A DNA stretch of 50,541 nucleotides from Chromera velia. Taxonomy: Eukaryota. The position numbers were made by a program, and so were the translations under genes. Shown here one piece after another: positions 1-13,291 of this stretch. Positions within the stretch are counted from its first letter, which is position 1. Each line of letters starts with the position of its first letter. The notes beneath the pieces are model-generated. The model did not search any database. It saw only the letters and a program-made list of their open reading frames with translations, and had not been told where the DNA came from. Where the stretch lies: contig JAHBMJ010000313.1 in assembly GCA_018398765.1 (NCBI GenBank), forward strand, positions 1 through 50,541, read 5' to 3'.

Positions 1-347
1 TGCAAGGAAAGAAAAGTTTCATGTCAATGTTAAATGACAGTAAATGATTTGAAAAGTAAATTTTCTTCAGGACTAGATTTCTTTAAAGTTGAATGCATCT
101 ATAATTTATTTTTTATAAAAATGCACACAAATTAATGTCCAGGGTATGCGCACCTGCACTGATTCCATGCATGCATGCAAACAACACTATCACGCAACAG
201 CTGTCTCCAAGCAACACTTCGCAACAGTACACGCCTTCCAAATCTGAAAGGGTAGCAGAGTGGCAGAGCCCTCTTCCTCCCGCTTTTGTCCCTGTTCTGA
301 GTTCTCTTGCCTTCTGCAACTTTCAGGAGGAAGGAAAGAGAAAGAAG

Positions 348-641
348 ATGTCCAACGGCGACAACGCTGTGTCCCTCCAGGTGAACCTGTACAATCCAAA
401 AGAGATGGGAAGTGCGGACAAAAAGTGGAAAACCGTTACACTGCAGGCAGACCGTTCTGCAGACTGTGAGGCAATCTACGCGAAGATCGAGGAAGAGACG
501 GGCGCGCCCTCAGCCAAGTTATGGATATACGCCCCCGAAGGGAAGGGGGCGGCATTGGAACGGGGGAGGACTCTGAATGACTATGGAGGAGTTTGTGCGA
601 ATGGAGAGACAGTCAGTTTGAAAGCGCTCGTACGCCCCTGA
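348..641 (+). CDS. Small ubiquitin-like (beta-grasp) domain protein, 97 aa from the ATG at 348
   Basis: The segment KTVTLQADRSADCEAIYAKIEEETGAPSAKLWIY...LERGRTLNDYG follows the ubiquitin pattern KTITLEV...VKAKIQDKEGIP..QRLIF...LEDGRTLSDY. It has no C-terminal GG and ends LVRP*. A possible acceptor (tttcag, 321-326) means an upstream exon cannot be excluded. Confidence 0.6.
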   Translation: MSNGDNAVSLQVNLYNPKEMGSADKKWKTVTLQADRSADCEAIYAKIEEETGAPSAKLWIYAPEGKGAALERGRTLNDYGGVCANGETVSLKALVRP

Positions 642-895
642 AGTCCACTCCCTCCGCTGCAAGTCGGATCGTGTCTCTTCCGAAGAATTCATTCAGACAG
701 TGTGAGACGCACGCAGGCACGTGCATTCTGACGGAACCCGCGAAATAATATTTTGGTCCCTGAAACGGATGAAAGTGTGCACAGAAGTGCCCGTTTCAAA
801 AGTTTAACATGCGCGCTGGTTGACGCCCCAAGTGTCTAGGTCTTGATTCTGTCTACCTTTGTTGTTGTGTGCTTTTATGTGTGTCTGCGCTTCTT

Positions 896-898
<3 letters not shown>

Positions 899-979
<81 letters not shown>

Positions 980-987
980 TCTCTCTC
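899..987. repeat. (CT)n microsatellite
   Basis: Near-perfect CT dinucleotide run seen directly. Confidence 0.95.
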
Positions 988-1496
988 CCCCTCCCAACCT
1001 TTCAGTGTGCCTCTTTTTCTTTTCAGACAGGCCGCATGACAGTCTGCAGGCCCACCTGGAAGCTGGCTGTCAGAATCTTCGTGCATCTCTGTACATCTCT
1101 GTTGGTTTTTTCTCTCCGACGCACACTGTCTCTAGTTATTTGTCTGTCAGTCCTGTACCGCGGGCCGGGTCTCTGCTCACGTGTGTTCTTTCTTTTTGTT
1201 TTCTCCGGCAGCCTTATTTCAAAGTTGCCTGGTTTCCCGCTAGATTTCCCGGAAGTCTCTTGATGTTTACATGCCTGTTCCTGCCACTCTGTTAATAGAG
1301 GTCCCGCCTTGGCATGCTATCTCCTTCGCCTGTCTCCCTAGTTTTAAAACTTGATTTTACCTGAATCTGAAAGACTGTGAAAGTTGTTCAATACTTGATT
1401 CAAGATTTTAATCTCGGTTTTACTCGGTTTGAAAATCAAAATTTACTTCAACCCTAGCTTCAATGACTGTTAGATTCACTCTGGGTACTAGTCTGG

Positions 1497-1852
1497 GTAT
1501 GATCTGTAAAGTTATTTTTATAATAAAGTCTGACCACAGACTTTAGACTTTAAAACTTCTTTGGTTTTAAAACTTTAAGAAAAAAAAGTTTAAACATATT
1601 CATCTAGCTCTGGCGATAGATAAACATAGCGGGAAGGCCCTAGGGCAGAACATATCAATTAATCAATCAATCAATCAATCAATCAATTAATCAATCAATC
1701 TGTTATTTAGGATTGTTTAGCCTTTTAAAACATTTTTCAATACAAGAAAAAAAACTTTTCAAATGCGTTTCAAAAGTTATATATATTTTAGAGTCTACAG
1801 ACTCAAACTAGACTTTAAACTTTATTTCACTTTAAAATTTTACAGATCATAC
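1497..1852. mobile_element. Putative MITE-like element inside the AT-rich island ~1330-2280
   Basis: Perfect 14-bp inverted repeat GTATGATCTGTAAA (1497-1510) / TTTACAGATCATAC (1839-1852), with an AT-rich non-coding interior containing (AATC)n at ~1655-1700. No clear TSD. Confidence 0.35.
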
Positions 1853-3157
1853 ATAGGATTCACTGAAGATACCAAAACACGAATTAAAACACATTTTTAA
1901 TAAGAGTCTGTCAAGAGGTTTAGTTGCTAATGACGCTAGTCTAAGAGTTAACGTTGTATACTATATGATGCTTTTTAATCATATGCTAGCTAATATACAC
2001 TCTGTTACGCTCTGGTAGTACAGTGCAAGTCGAGGCCCGGCAGTGGACCACGGGGCAACCCCTAAGGCACTCCGGAACATAAATCCTTTCCTAGATCCTA
2101 TCCTATCCTAGTAGTTTATATAAAAATCTTCATAAATTTAGGTATAAATTTAACCGTTCTTTCTCTGTATGTATGCACCCATACAACATTCTATTTAAAG
2201 TTGTAAATCGAATCGTAGCAGATCATACATGTGACAGTGTAACATAACATAAATTATACCCACTTGCGATTGTGTCACGTGTTCTTTGTGCCTTGCACGT
2301 CCAGCCGAGAGCTAGGCCAAGAATCAACTTGCTTCTGAATCACTCAATGCAACACCGGCACGTTGCAGCGCTTTTTCAGACAGCCGGGTCGTAGCAAAGC
2401 CAAGCGAAATATTGGACTCATGAATGAGCGATATGCAAGTGCGATAGACACGCAGGCAGAAGAACCAGGCGATCGAAAAATATCCCGTTTTGTCCTCCAC
2501 AAATTCAAGAAACAAAAGAAGGGAAGCAGACCGAGGATGACGTACAGAAAGGACCAAAGAGCATCCACGAATTCTTTCTTTAATGTGCGCACAGATGGAT
2601 GGGATGACGGTGCCTCGCCGCTTCACGAAGCGCCCCCACCCGCTCCCCTCCCCCATCCTCCCTCACATGCAATCAGACATACAGGTCGCTTGTTCATCTA
2701 GTACACCTTTTGCCCCCTTCCTCGCTGCCTCCAACTTCACCTGGCAGGCAGCTAAAGATATGTGAGGTGGAAAGGATACAAAAACCCCCTCTTGTCCGGT
2801 CTGCTGGTTGGTCCTTTTCTCTCAAAAGCGCGTCTATTTGGAAAAAACAGTGAGAGAGGAAGAAGGAGAAGAAAAGGCAGACAAAGGGAGAGAGGTGCCG
2901 ACAAGAGAAGAGCACACTGACAACCACCCTGCTCTTCTGCTTCGGTCGCTCTATCGAGCATCCGTTTCTGATTTTCTCCTCTGCTCGTCAGGTCAGAGAC
3001 ACAAAGAAGAGAGAAGGGAGAAAAGGACCGGGCGAAAGGTCAACGGGAAAAGCAAAAGAGTGAAAGAGCCTTCCTGTCTTCCTCCAAAGATAAACAGAGC
3101 CCCAGGAGAAAAGCAACCGTGTCTTTCCTTTCCTCCTTGCAATTCTGCGTCCCCCTT

Positions 3158-6100
3158 TCACTTCTTTCCCTTGCCTGCTGGTACCCCAGTCGTCGTCTTC
3201 ATCACTTTCTTGAGGAATGAGGCGTTGCCTGTGCCTGCCGCTGCATTCGCTGAGTTGGCAGAAGTGAGGACAGCACGGCCAGAAGGAGCCGCAGCTGTTT
3301 TCTTGGACGCGGCTCTGCACACCGGAAGAGGAACGAGAACAGCAAGGGGGTGGCGGAGAGAGAGAGGAATGCTAACAGCATGTCTACCTTTCATCTGCAG
3401 CCTTCTGGTATCAGATCGAGTCAGCACGGCAAGATATTCATCGAACCTCTGAGGATAATGGGAGAAAAAAAAAAATGTGCAGACTGAGTGAGACCAACAG
3501 AAGAGGAAAAAGGAAAAAGCGAATGGTAGAAACAAAACAGAAATTCAAAACAAAAGTCATGCAGCGAAGGCTTCCCTGTCTCTTCTCCTGTCTGATTGTT
3601 TTCTATCCCGTCCCTTGCAAGTCAAACTCAAGAGTTGAAAGAGAGAAATGTTCATGAATGGAAAAGACCGGAACGGACATGGATGAGATGTTTTTTCCAT
3701 CATACACAGGACAACACAGCAAAAGAAAGTTTGAAAGGAACAGACGGACTCACGTGAGATTGCTGCCTGAAGCAAATTCCTGTCTTGTGAAGCTTCGGCC
3801 TCCGTGCTGCTGTTTCGGTATGTGAACAACTCTCCTCGACTGCTCGGCACTCTCCGTTGCCTTGCCGCCTTCGGTTGGGTCCTCTCGGTCATCCCTTATG
3901 CCGAAAGCGAATCTGCAGCACCACGCATGGGGATGAACAGGGAAAGGGTGGCTGAAACAGAGACGGACCGAAAAGGGACAGAACACAACCCACGTAAAAA
4001 AATGGGAGGAGGTTTGAACAAGAGAGGTTTGAGATCTCAAGACCGACAGGATCAACGAAAAGAGAGCGCGCGGTAGAAAAAAAAACGGGTGTCCAGCTAA
4101 ATTCTCTGTCTGCCTGAATTCCCACTCTCCTCGTGCTAATTCATTCCATGTCATCCTTCCTGCCTACAGACCCCCTCCCACCTCCCTTCTCACCTGGAGG
4201 ACGCATTCCCTCCAACAGCCCCGCCCCCGTCTCCCCGACCTCCCCTCACTTTGTCCAGTCGGAACATAGAGTGACCTCCACGACCGACCCCTCCCTGCAT
4301 GCCGACACACAAACAGAAAGAACAAAGAAGAAAAAAAGGAGAGGGCTCAAACTTCAAGTACCAAACTTGCAAGCACTCAAAAGCCAAAAGAAAAAAAACA
4401 AAAGCGAAAAAGACCCCTTCCAAGGTTTGGAAAAGAGGCCCCCGATCCATGGAGAGAGAGAAAAAGTGAACGAACAAGAAATAACGAAGCTCCAACTCAA
4501 ACTTCAAATCAGAGCAAAACGACCAGCCACCTCAGAAAAGAACGCCTGTAATGCACATGCAAGCTCATACATATTACAGCAGACAGCCTGTCAACTAGAC
4601 GTTGCAAGGGATAAAAGAAGGAAAGAAGAGAGAGAGACGGAAGGCAGACCTTTGAAGGCACAGGGACTCCACTTGTGTTTCCCGCAAGAGGAGGATCAGC
4701 CCCTTCGAGCTGCTGCTGCTGTTGGGGACCCGAGGCCGTCACAGCTGCGAGGGGCCTCCTCTCCTTTCCGCTGCCGTCTCCTTCTCCCTCCACGTCCGTT
4801 ACCCCCTCTCTCTCCTCGTCTCCAAACAGAACCTTCCCTCCCGATCCCTTCTGCTGCTGCTGTCCCGCAGCCTCAACTGGTCCAGGCTTCTCTTTCTTCT
4901 TCTTGGGGTCCACCTGGGATGTAGTTGAAGAATAATTCCGGAGAAAAGAGGCCCCGACAGGCAGCGTTTCGCGATCTTTCTTTGAAATTCCCTCGTATGC
5001 ACTCACAGTCTTCACGCCAAAAAAATTGGCGAAAGCGGAGGCAGTACCTGGGGCCTCACTCTGCTGTAGTGTGGGCGCAGGCTGCTGCTGCTGCTGAGTC
5101 GCAGCCTGAGGAGAGGACCCTTCTTCGTCCTCGTCCATCGGTTCGTCTAGATCCTCGCAGGAGGCACCACCTGTGCGATGGTCCCTTTCTGCTAGGCGGG
5201 GGTCGGCAGGGGTGGAAGTCGCGGTGGAAGCAGCCGAGGCATAGGAAAGGGGGGTATCCACAAAACTAGTACCAAAGTCGAAAGTGACGTTTGACGCTAT
5301 ACGGGCGTTCTTTCTACGTCCCTTGCCTGCCCCTACTTCTTCTCCTTGCTGTCTTTTCCTTTCCTTCTCTTCTTCCTCCCTTTGCGCCTTGAGCTCTTTC
5401 TTCCTTCTCTCCTTCGCCTGCTCTTCCTGCTGGAGGTACTGTTTCGCAGTGACAGCATCCAACTCCCCTCTGGCGGCGATCTGCCGTGCCTGGTTGAAGA
5501 ACCGTTTCTTCACGAGGGTGATCACCTTCTTGGTCATCCCCTTTTGAGTGGAGGTCTTCATGTACCGCTTGAACAGACGGCGGGCGAGACTGCATCCATC
5601 CATCCATCCATTTATACATGCATATATGTTTATTCGTGTACAGCCAGGATTTGTTTTTTTCTTTTCTTTTCTTCTCGGGCTCCAGTCTGACAGCTGTACT
5701 GCTGCGCGTCAAGACAAAAAGCTTGAAGGAAATGAAAAAGGAAAATCATTCGGAACGCTACCATAGGAATACCAATTTTGGGTCCCTAGTGAAGAGCCGG
5801 CACAAACGAGACTTCACGAAATAAGTAAGGAAAATATAAGACGAGGTCTCATCGCAATGTGAGTGAAGCAAATAATATCCAATCGACGGCAGGTATTTAC
5901 GCATGGCAGAAGAGCACGTTCTCCTCATGTATCAGGCAGGAATGGGAAGAAGAAAGTATCGAGCGAAGCTGAGCGTAAAACAGTGCACACCATGAATGCA
6001 TATGATTGCAAAGGACGGACGGAGTGACGAACCGCTTGGCCTCTCTGCTGCGATGCTTCCTCACGGCAGCCTTTTTGTCATCCTCGTCGGCGCCCTGTGG

Positions 6101-9100
6101 AAGGAACAGAAAGAAAAAAAAGCGAAGGCCAGAAACACCAATGTGCGCGGGGATAGCGGAAAAAAAGGCGGGAAAACTGAGACAGACTATATGGTTTCGC
6201 TCCCTCCTTTTTTTCATGGCAACCGGACAGAGAGAGAGACAGAGAGGCAAACTGACGGATTGACCGACGGACGGAAGCAGGCAAAAGATTAAAAACGGAT
6301 CGGCATACAGACTCCCCCCCACACTCCCTCACTCCCTTACTCACATCCTCTCCTGTGCCCATGTCGAGGTCGTCCTCCTCTCCTGCCCTGGCGTCTTCTT
6401 CGTCTTCGAAGTCATCGAACTCGCTGTCGTAAGCGGAGTCCTCTGTAAGGACACAAGCGGACACACACACGGAAGCAATCACAATCGTATACAAATAAAA
6501 GCAAGACCACTCATCCTTTCCTTCTCTCTCTGAATTTGCAACCAAAGTGTCTGGTCTCACCAATGGATGCAGAGACAGGCAGATAGATAGATGAAATGAT
6601 GTTCAGATAGACCAACGCAAAGCGGTGTGCGATACTGCCGAGCCCCCAAAGGAGCCAGCCGACAAGCCAGAGGGAGAAAAAAAAAGAGCGCGCTCCCCAC
6701 TTATGACTGCACACGACTGGCTGACTGGCTGACTGACTGACCGCTTTCTTCCTCTCTCTCTCGTCGTCGTTGTTCCATCCTCCGTTCCCATCTGTTCTTC
6801 CCTCCGTCCTCGTCGTCATCGCTCTCATCGAAGATACCTTCTGCCCGCTTCCACCTCCTCAGACCGCCTGCATGCATGCCTCCATGAAGTCATTTTTCGC
6901 ATCAGGATTTCGGGTTGAAAAAATTGATCAACAGCTTCAGCGGAGAAGAAAGCGAAATCGAGAAAAGAAGGGACGATAAATAGGAAAGGCGTGGAGCAAC
7001 AAACGAATGCAGACGGACACACAAACACTCGCTTTGACACACAGAGAGCAAAAAAAAGGAGCAGAGAGACAGACACGCAAAGCGCAAAAGACCTGAGAAA
7101 GAAGGGCGAGGATCTTCTATTAATATGTTTTCTGTCTCTCTTCGATTTTCTCTCCCGACCATATCTGACGATTTCATCCATTTCCGCATCCATCTTGTCC
7201 AGCCATTCTTGGTGCAGTTTGATCGCCCCTCTCTCGTCACCCTCCACAATGTCCTTCGCAACCTGTTCAGCGTCTGCAATCAGATCCTCCACCTCGTCAT
7301 CCAAATTCTCCTCAGGTTCTTCTTCGTCTTCCGATTCCCCCCTTCCCACCAGCCGCTTCCTCAACAATTTCCTCCCCACATCCACTCCCAAATGGGCCTC
7401 CAGGTCGTCCCCGTCGTCTAGCTCGGCCTCCCTCTCGAGCAAATCCTCTCCGCCCTCTGCCACGGCGGCGTCTGCTGCCTCGCGGTTCCGTTCTCGACGC
7501 CGACTGGATAAGTGGATGCAGTGAATCGTGAAATGAAATCAGAGGACAAGCAATCGAAAAACTGAAAAGAAAGAATATTCAACCCCAGCAAGTCGCATGT
7601 GCGAAAGGTTCTGGTACGCATGAGATCATCTGTCCCGTAGCACGACTTGACAAGAATGTCACAAAGAAATAAGATGCAAGGAATGTCACAAAGAAATAAG
7701 ATGCAAGGAATGTCACAAAGAAATAAGATGCAAGGAAAGCGAATGCCAAAAAAGTGGAAGGGAGGAAAGGGAAAACTGAGAGAACCCCCTCTAGTGCCTA
7801 TAGGGACTGCAGCAAACAGGAAGAGACCTGAAAGAAAGAGGCTGCATGATTAACGAAGAAACAAACAAAGAAAGAAGAGGGAAATGAAGGAGTTTGATTT
7901 CATTTCGTGACTCACCGTTCAGCCTCTCTCTGTTTTTCTTCATTCTGTCTGATTCGTTCAGCGAGTTCCTCAATTTGTCTCCGCTTCAGTGCCTCCGCCG
8001 CCTCCTTTCTCGCCTTCTCTTCCATCTCCCTCTTCTCCTCATCGTCCTCTGTCAACTCAGAGGGATCGGGAAGGTCATCTGCCCCCCTCCCTTCGGAGGA
8101 GGAAGAGGAGTCCGACTCGGAGTCACTCGAAGAAGAGTCAGAGGAGGAGCTGCCTTCTTCAATGTCTGCGTCTGACGCTGCATCGGCATCAGAAGAGGAC
8201 GAAGAAGCGCGACGGAGGCGGCCACCTCTCTTGGTCTTCTTCTTGTTCTTATTCTTCTTTCTCTTCTTCTTTGCACTTCCCTCCTCTGGTCCCTCTCCGT
8301 CTCCTCGTCTCTTCTTTTGTCTCTTCGAACTGTCATCTTCCTCATCATCGTCAATGTCTTCCGCAGCTGCCTTTTTGGCTGCTTGCTTCTTTTGCTTCTT
8401 GTTCTGATTCTCGGAGAGATGAGCGGGTTTGGGGGGCGGAAGAACTTGCTGGAGTTTTTTCGCCTGGGGCTGGGCAGGACGACTGGCCATGGTTTTGAAG
8501 AGGTCACGGATGTCTCTGCCGTCTGAGGCAACTGGCTTGATTACGGTCTTGGCCTTGGGCTTGGGTTTGGGCTGGACGGGGGGGGCCTTGGGCTCCTCCT
8601 CTTGTGGGGGGGCAGATGCGTCGCGGGGTGGTGGGAGGTTTCCGTTCTTCTCTTCTGATGCTGGGGGATTGAAGGGTCCTGGATTGATGTGTTCATTTTC
8701 GTGTGGGGGGGCGTTGGGTTGGTCTCCCTCTTTGTCCTTCTGCTGTTCGGATGGGACAGGGGGGGGGCCTTTGAAGGGAGAAGAGGGAGGCGCCTCCTCG
8801 ACTTCTCCTCTGTCGACGCGCCGGTGCTTCTGTCCTGCGTCTGCGTCGGGGTCCTCAAATCTGAAGGCGAAGGGAGACGCCGGCTTCCTCTTGGCTGATA
8901 GAGGAGGAAGGGGGGAACTCATGGCATCTTGCTGAGAGATGGCATCAAGAGACGGAGGGGGGTTCGTGGGGGATGCTTGGGAAACATGGGGTGACATGTG
9001 TGTCACGTGTGCGTTTGTAGGACTGCCATCCGAGTCATCGAAAGATTCGGGGAAGAAAAGATTCCGTCCCCTCTCCGCCTGCATCCCACCTTCTTTCTCG

Positions 9101-12100
9101 TCTCTCCTGTCCCTTTCCATCTGCTCGTGACGTCTCCTCCAAGCTTCCTGCACCCCTCCTGCTCCTCCAACTGCATTCTGCCCTCTCTCCTTCTCAAAGT
9201 CGGAAGGAGAGGAAGGAGAGGACGCGACCATCCTCTGAATCTTCGTGAACTCATGGACAGACCGCCTGTCGCCTGCCGTTCCTAAGACGCAACTGTCGGC
9301 ATGGCGCAGGCCCCCCTCTGCAGTGCCCCCGCCCGGCGCCCCTCTCTCTCCAGGCTGCCCACCAACAGGCAGAGGTTGGGACTGTGACTGAGACAATTGA
9401 CTCTCAGGCCTGTCCCATATCTGTGTCTGACTGCACGGGGGGGGCATACCCCCTGCATCCCCGCCACTCCCCTGCTGCCTGTCCTTCTCCTTCTCGAAGG
9501 AAGACTCCGACGTTGGTTGGGACTCCATCGCCTCCAGAAAACCCTGGGAGCACAGCTGCGTCTGGGAGCTCTCATCTAGAATGGGGGAGGGAGAACAGAG
9601 AGGAAGGCGGGCAGGGGGGATGCCGGGAGTGGCGGCCATCCTGTCTGACGGCCCCGGAAAGCAGAACTGGGACTGCTTGTGGGGCTCGAACACTACAGAC
9701 GGGGGCGGCACCATCCCGGCCCGTTTGTCAGCCTCGGAAGAGAAAGATGCACCGTCCAATCCATGACTCTTCTTGTTGTCCATCGCCGCGGCGAAGGATG
9801 TGCAGGGGGGCTTGAGGGGAGTCGGTGCTGCTGCTTTGAAGTGTGAGAAGTGGGGGAAAGCGACGGTGTCGAGGACGCTGGGTCGGTCCTGGTCATTCGG
9901 GGGCGGGGGGGGTCGAGGAGTGACAGCGACTCCCATTGAGAATGTGCCACTACTTTCTTCGTGCGGCTGTTTGTCTTCCTTGGACGCATGGGCCGAAGGC
10001 GGGGGCAGGGAGGAAGCGAAGGGGGGGATCTCGGCAGGTGCGTCTGGCTGGTTGGAGCCTTCTGGCTCCTCCATTGGGAGGTCGGGGAAGCGCGGACTGT
10101 TGTCCGCCTGTGGGGGCGCTTCTTCTGTTGATGGCGCTGCCTCTTTCCCTGTCTCTTTTTCCTCCGGCTTTTCTTTCTCAGACTCTGCTGGTTCCTTTGG
10201 CTTCAAGGGCTTTTCAGGGGGTGCGTTGAACTCGGGCACTGGGGGCAACTGACTGACATCTGTCGGAAAAAAGATTCCGGCCGCCGTTGGTTGTCGGGCC
10301 ATTTGCTTGGCTTTGGGTTTGGGCTGCTGCTGCTGGGCCTTGCTGGCACCTGCAGGGGGTAGATTTGTTGCAGCACGGGAGTTGGTGTCAGAGGGTGCGA
10401 CGGGGGGTTTTCCTGCTGCTGTCCCTTGCCTCCGAAGGGGGCCCGCAGGAACTTGTCTGGATGCCTCCCCCTTCCCTTGCCTCGTCTGCTGCTGGTGGGG
10501 ATTCTCTTTGATGAATTCCTGCAGGGAGGTAGAGGCAGAAGCAGAGGACAAAAGGGATTGGGGCAGGTGGCGATCAATGTAACACGTGGAGCGTATCCAT
10601 TGCTTTCTCATGATAGCAACATGTTGTCGATCTTCCGTTGCTCCATCCATCCATTCATTTATTTATTTGGTAGATCCTCCCTCTCTGGCTCTGACAGATC
10701 GGAGAGGCCAAAATTCGTCCGACAGACTCTCTCTTTGGTTTTTTCTTCTTGTCTTGTTGTTTCACCTGATTGACCAAAACGATTCATTCATACACTCAGC
10801 CTCAGTTCACACCGAAGAGAGTGGAACGGAGGCCAATCGGCCTTTTCATTCTTCATTTCTCCCACTCTTTCTCTCAGTGTGCAAGCGAAGAGATGACACC
10901 CACGCACACAACTTTCTCCATCACACGGCGAGGCTCGGAGAGGGGAATTAACTCCCAACTCCCTCCACCCCCATTCTCCCAAAATTGTCCCGACATCCCA
11001 TGCCACTCTTCTGGACTGCCTCACTGCCTGACTTACTGACCGCGAGCCTCCTCCTGTTGATTTCGTCCTGCCTCTGTTTGGCCTCCCTCTCTCTGAGATC
11101 CGTCGACGTGCCTCCAGAGATGTACTGCATGCATGCATGAAGGCAGGAACACACAAACAAACAAACAAACAAAGGAAGGCAAAAGAGATGACAGTCAGTC
11201 ATGAGCAAAGGATGCAATCACCAGTGGTGGAAAGAATCCTCAAAGAATGGAGAGCTGAGGGGAAGAAGGAGAGATGAATTCACCATTTTCAAGAAACTTC
11301 GGCAAGAAGAGGCAATCAAAGAGTGGAAGTAACATGTCAAAGAGGACGCTGGAAGAGGAAAAAGGGAACAAAACAAAACAAAAACGCGTCATGGGAAAGT
11401 TAAACCAAAACCCACGGACTTGCAGTTTGAAGCCAAAGACCACAAATTCCAGACGGCTCTCGACTGCTCGTTTTCCTTTGTGCTTCCACGCTTCTTTCAA
11501 TCGCCACCCCCACCCTCCCTCGATGCATGATCCCCTTAATTGTCCTCAACAGCCCCCCCTCACCCTACAAAGCCTTCTTGACACTACGGCAAAGAAACAA
11601 AACGACTGACCAGACCAAACTCGTCGTCTTCGTCTTCATCACCGAGATCGAACGTCAGCCTGCACGCACGCACACACACACGCACGCATTGGGACACACA
11701 AACATCCTTCTGGACTTCCCATGAGAAAGAGGGAAGGAGCAGGTAGGGGAGCAAGGCGGAAGGGAAAAGGGAAGCGAAGAAGACAGAAAGGATGGCACAA
11801 ACAAGTCAAATAAAAAAGTATCTTGTTGCCTCCAAGCAGAAAAGAAACACGACCAGCTCAAATACAAGCCAGCATCGTGCAGGTCTTCCGAATTACCCCC
11901 CCCTTTATCCTGCAAAACGCAAACCAACGAAACCACCCACCCCCACACATACTGACTGACTGGGGTCCGGTTATTGTTCTGAACATGGACTCCTCTTGAA
12001 GAAAACGGGAGGTCGTCCCTGCACCCATCCATTTTGGCAGTATCCATTTATCCGTCAATGCACAAACATACAGACGCTGTGATTTTTTCTGCTTGATCAG

Positions 12101-13252
12101 TCAATTACAACCTCTCTCTCTGCACACCATTTGTCTTTTGTCCTCTACCCGTATCTCCCTTTCTCTCTCTCTCTCTCTCTCTCTATCCATCTGTGTCTGC
12201 CGCCCGAATTTCCGTGAAGTGACCCACCTGATTTGAAATCGAGTTCTCTCTTTCTCTCTTCCGCTGCCTTCCTTCTCTTCTCCCTCTCCTCCTTCATCCG
12301 ACGACGATCCAGGGCATCCATCCGCCGCTCGTTCCGGACCCCTGCATTCGCATTCATTGAGAGAAGCCGACAGACAGAAGAGACAAAAAACGGAAGGGGG
12401 GGGGAGGGCATGCCATCTTTCGGTGTCTGTTCAGTCCAGTCTGGAGTCCAATAGGCACATGAATATGGGCATGTCATCAGTTGAGTCATGGGGCGTCGCT
12501 AAAGACAAACGCACACTCATCAAAAGAACAAACGCATTGAAAAGACCATCACCACAGTAAGAGAGGCCCGAAAACGAAGCAAAACATTGGAAACGGTGGC
12601 CAGTCTTGAAATGAGAAAGGCGAAATGGGGGAACCAAAGAAATATACAGAGACGGCACAAAGAAACACGCGTGGAATGTATGACGAAGCACACATCTCTG
12701 ATTCACTCTTTCACTCACTCCTTCCCCCCCTTACTAACAAACTCACTTTCGTCTTCACTGTCGTAGATGTCATCCTCTTCCTCGTCCCCTCCAAACTCAC
12801 TGTCCGACCCCCCACCGTCGAAAAGGGCCTCCCCCCCCCCTTCCCCCCCGCCTTTGGCTGGAGCAGAAGCAGAGGAATCCCCAGCAGATGATTGCTTTTG
12901 AAGACTCTCCCCGTCTGCCTGCCTCTCCACCCCTCCGGGAGCACACGCTGAAGAAGCGTCTCCATTCGAATCGAATGAGGGGAACGAGGGATCCTGTTTG
13001 TCCTGCTGCTGCGAGGGTGCAGCGTCGGCAGAAGCGGAAGAAGCAGGCTGATCTTGTGGGGGCATCCGTGAAGTCTCCTTCTTCTCCTTTTGCCTTTTCT
13101 CCTTTTCCCGCTCTCTCTTCTCCTTCTCCTGCTTCTCTGCCGCCTTCAGCTTCCTCGTGTCCGCCCAGTTGATCTGCCACGTGCGCATCGGACCGTCGAG
13201 GTCGTCTTCGTACGGGTCGTCTTCTGATCGGTCGCCTGCAGATGGACGCACG

Positions 13253-13291
<39 letters not shown>

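Noticed and set aside
843..1295. ORFs with SLSLSL/ERERER runs (likewise CVCVCV, THTHTH and RQTD ORFs elsewhere)
   Set aside because: These are translations of microsatellites.
2363..2701. 112-aa plus-strand ORF
   Set aside because: It has a non-ATG start and no recognisable motif, and lies just downstream of the large minus-strand gene (likely UTR or intergenic).
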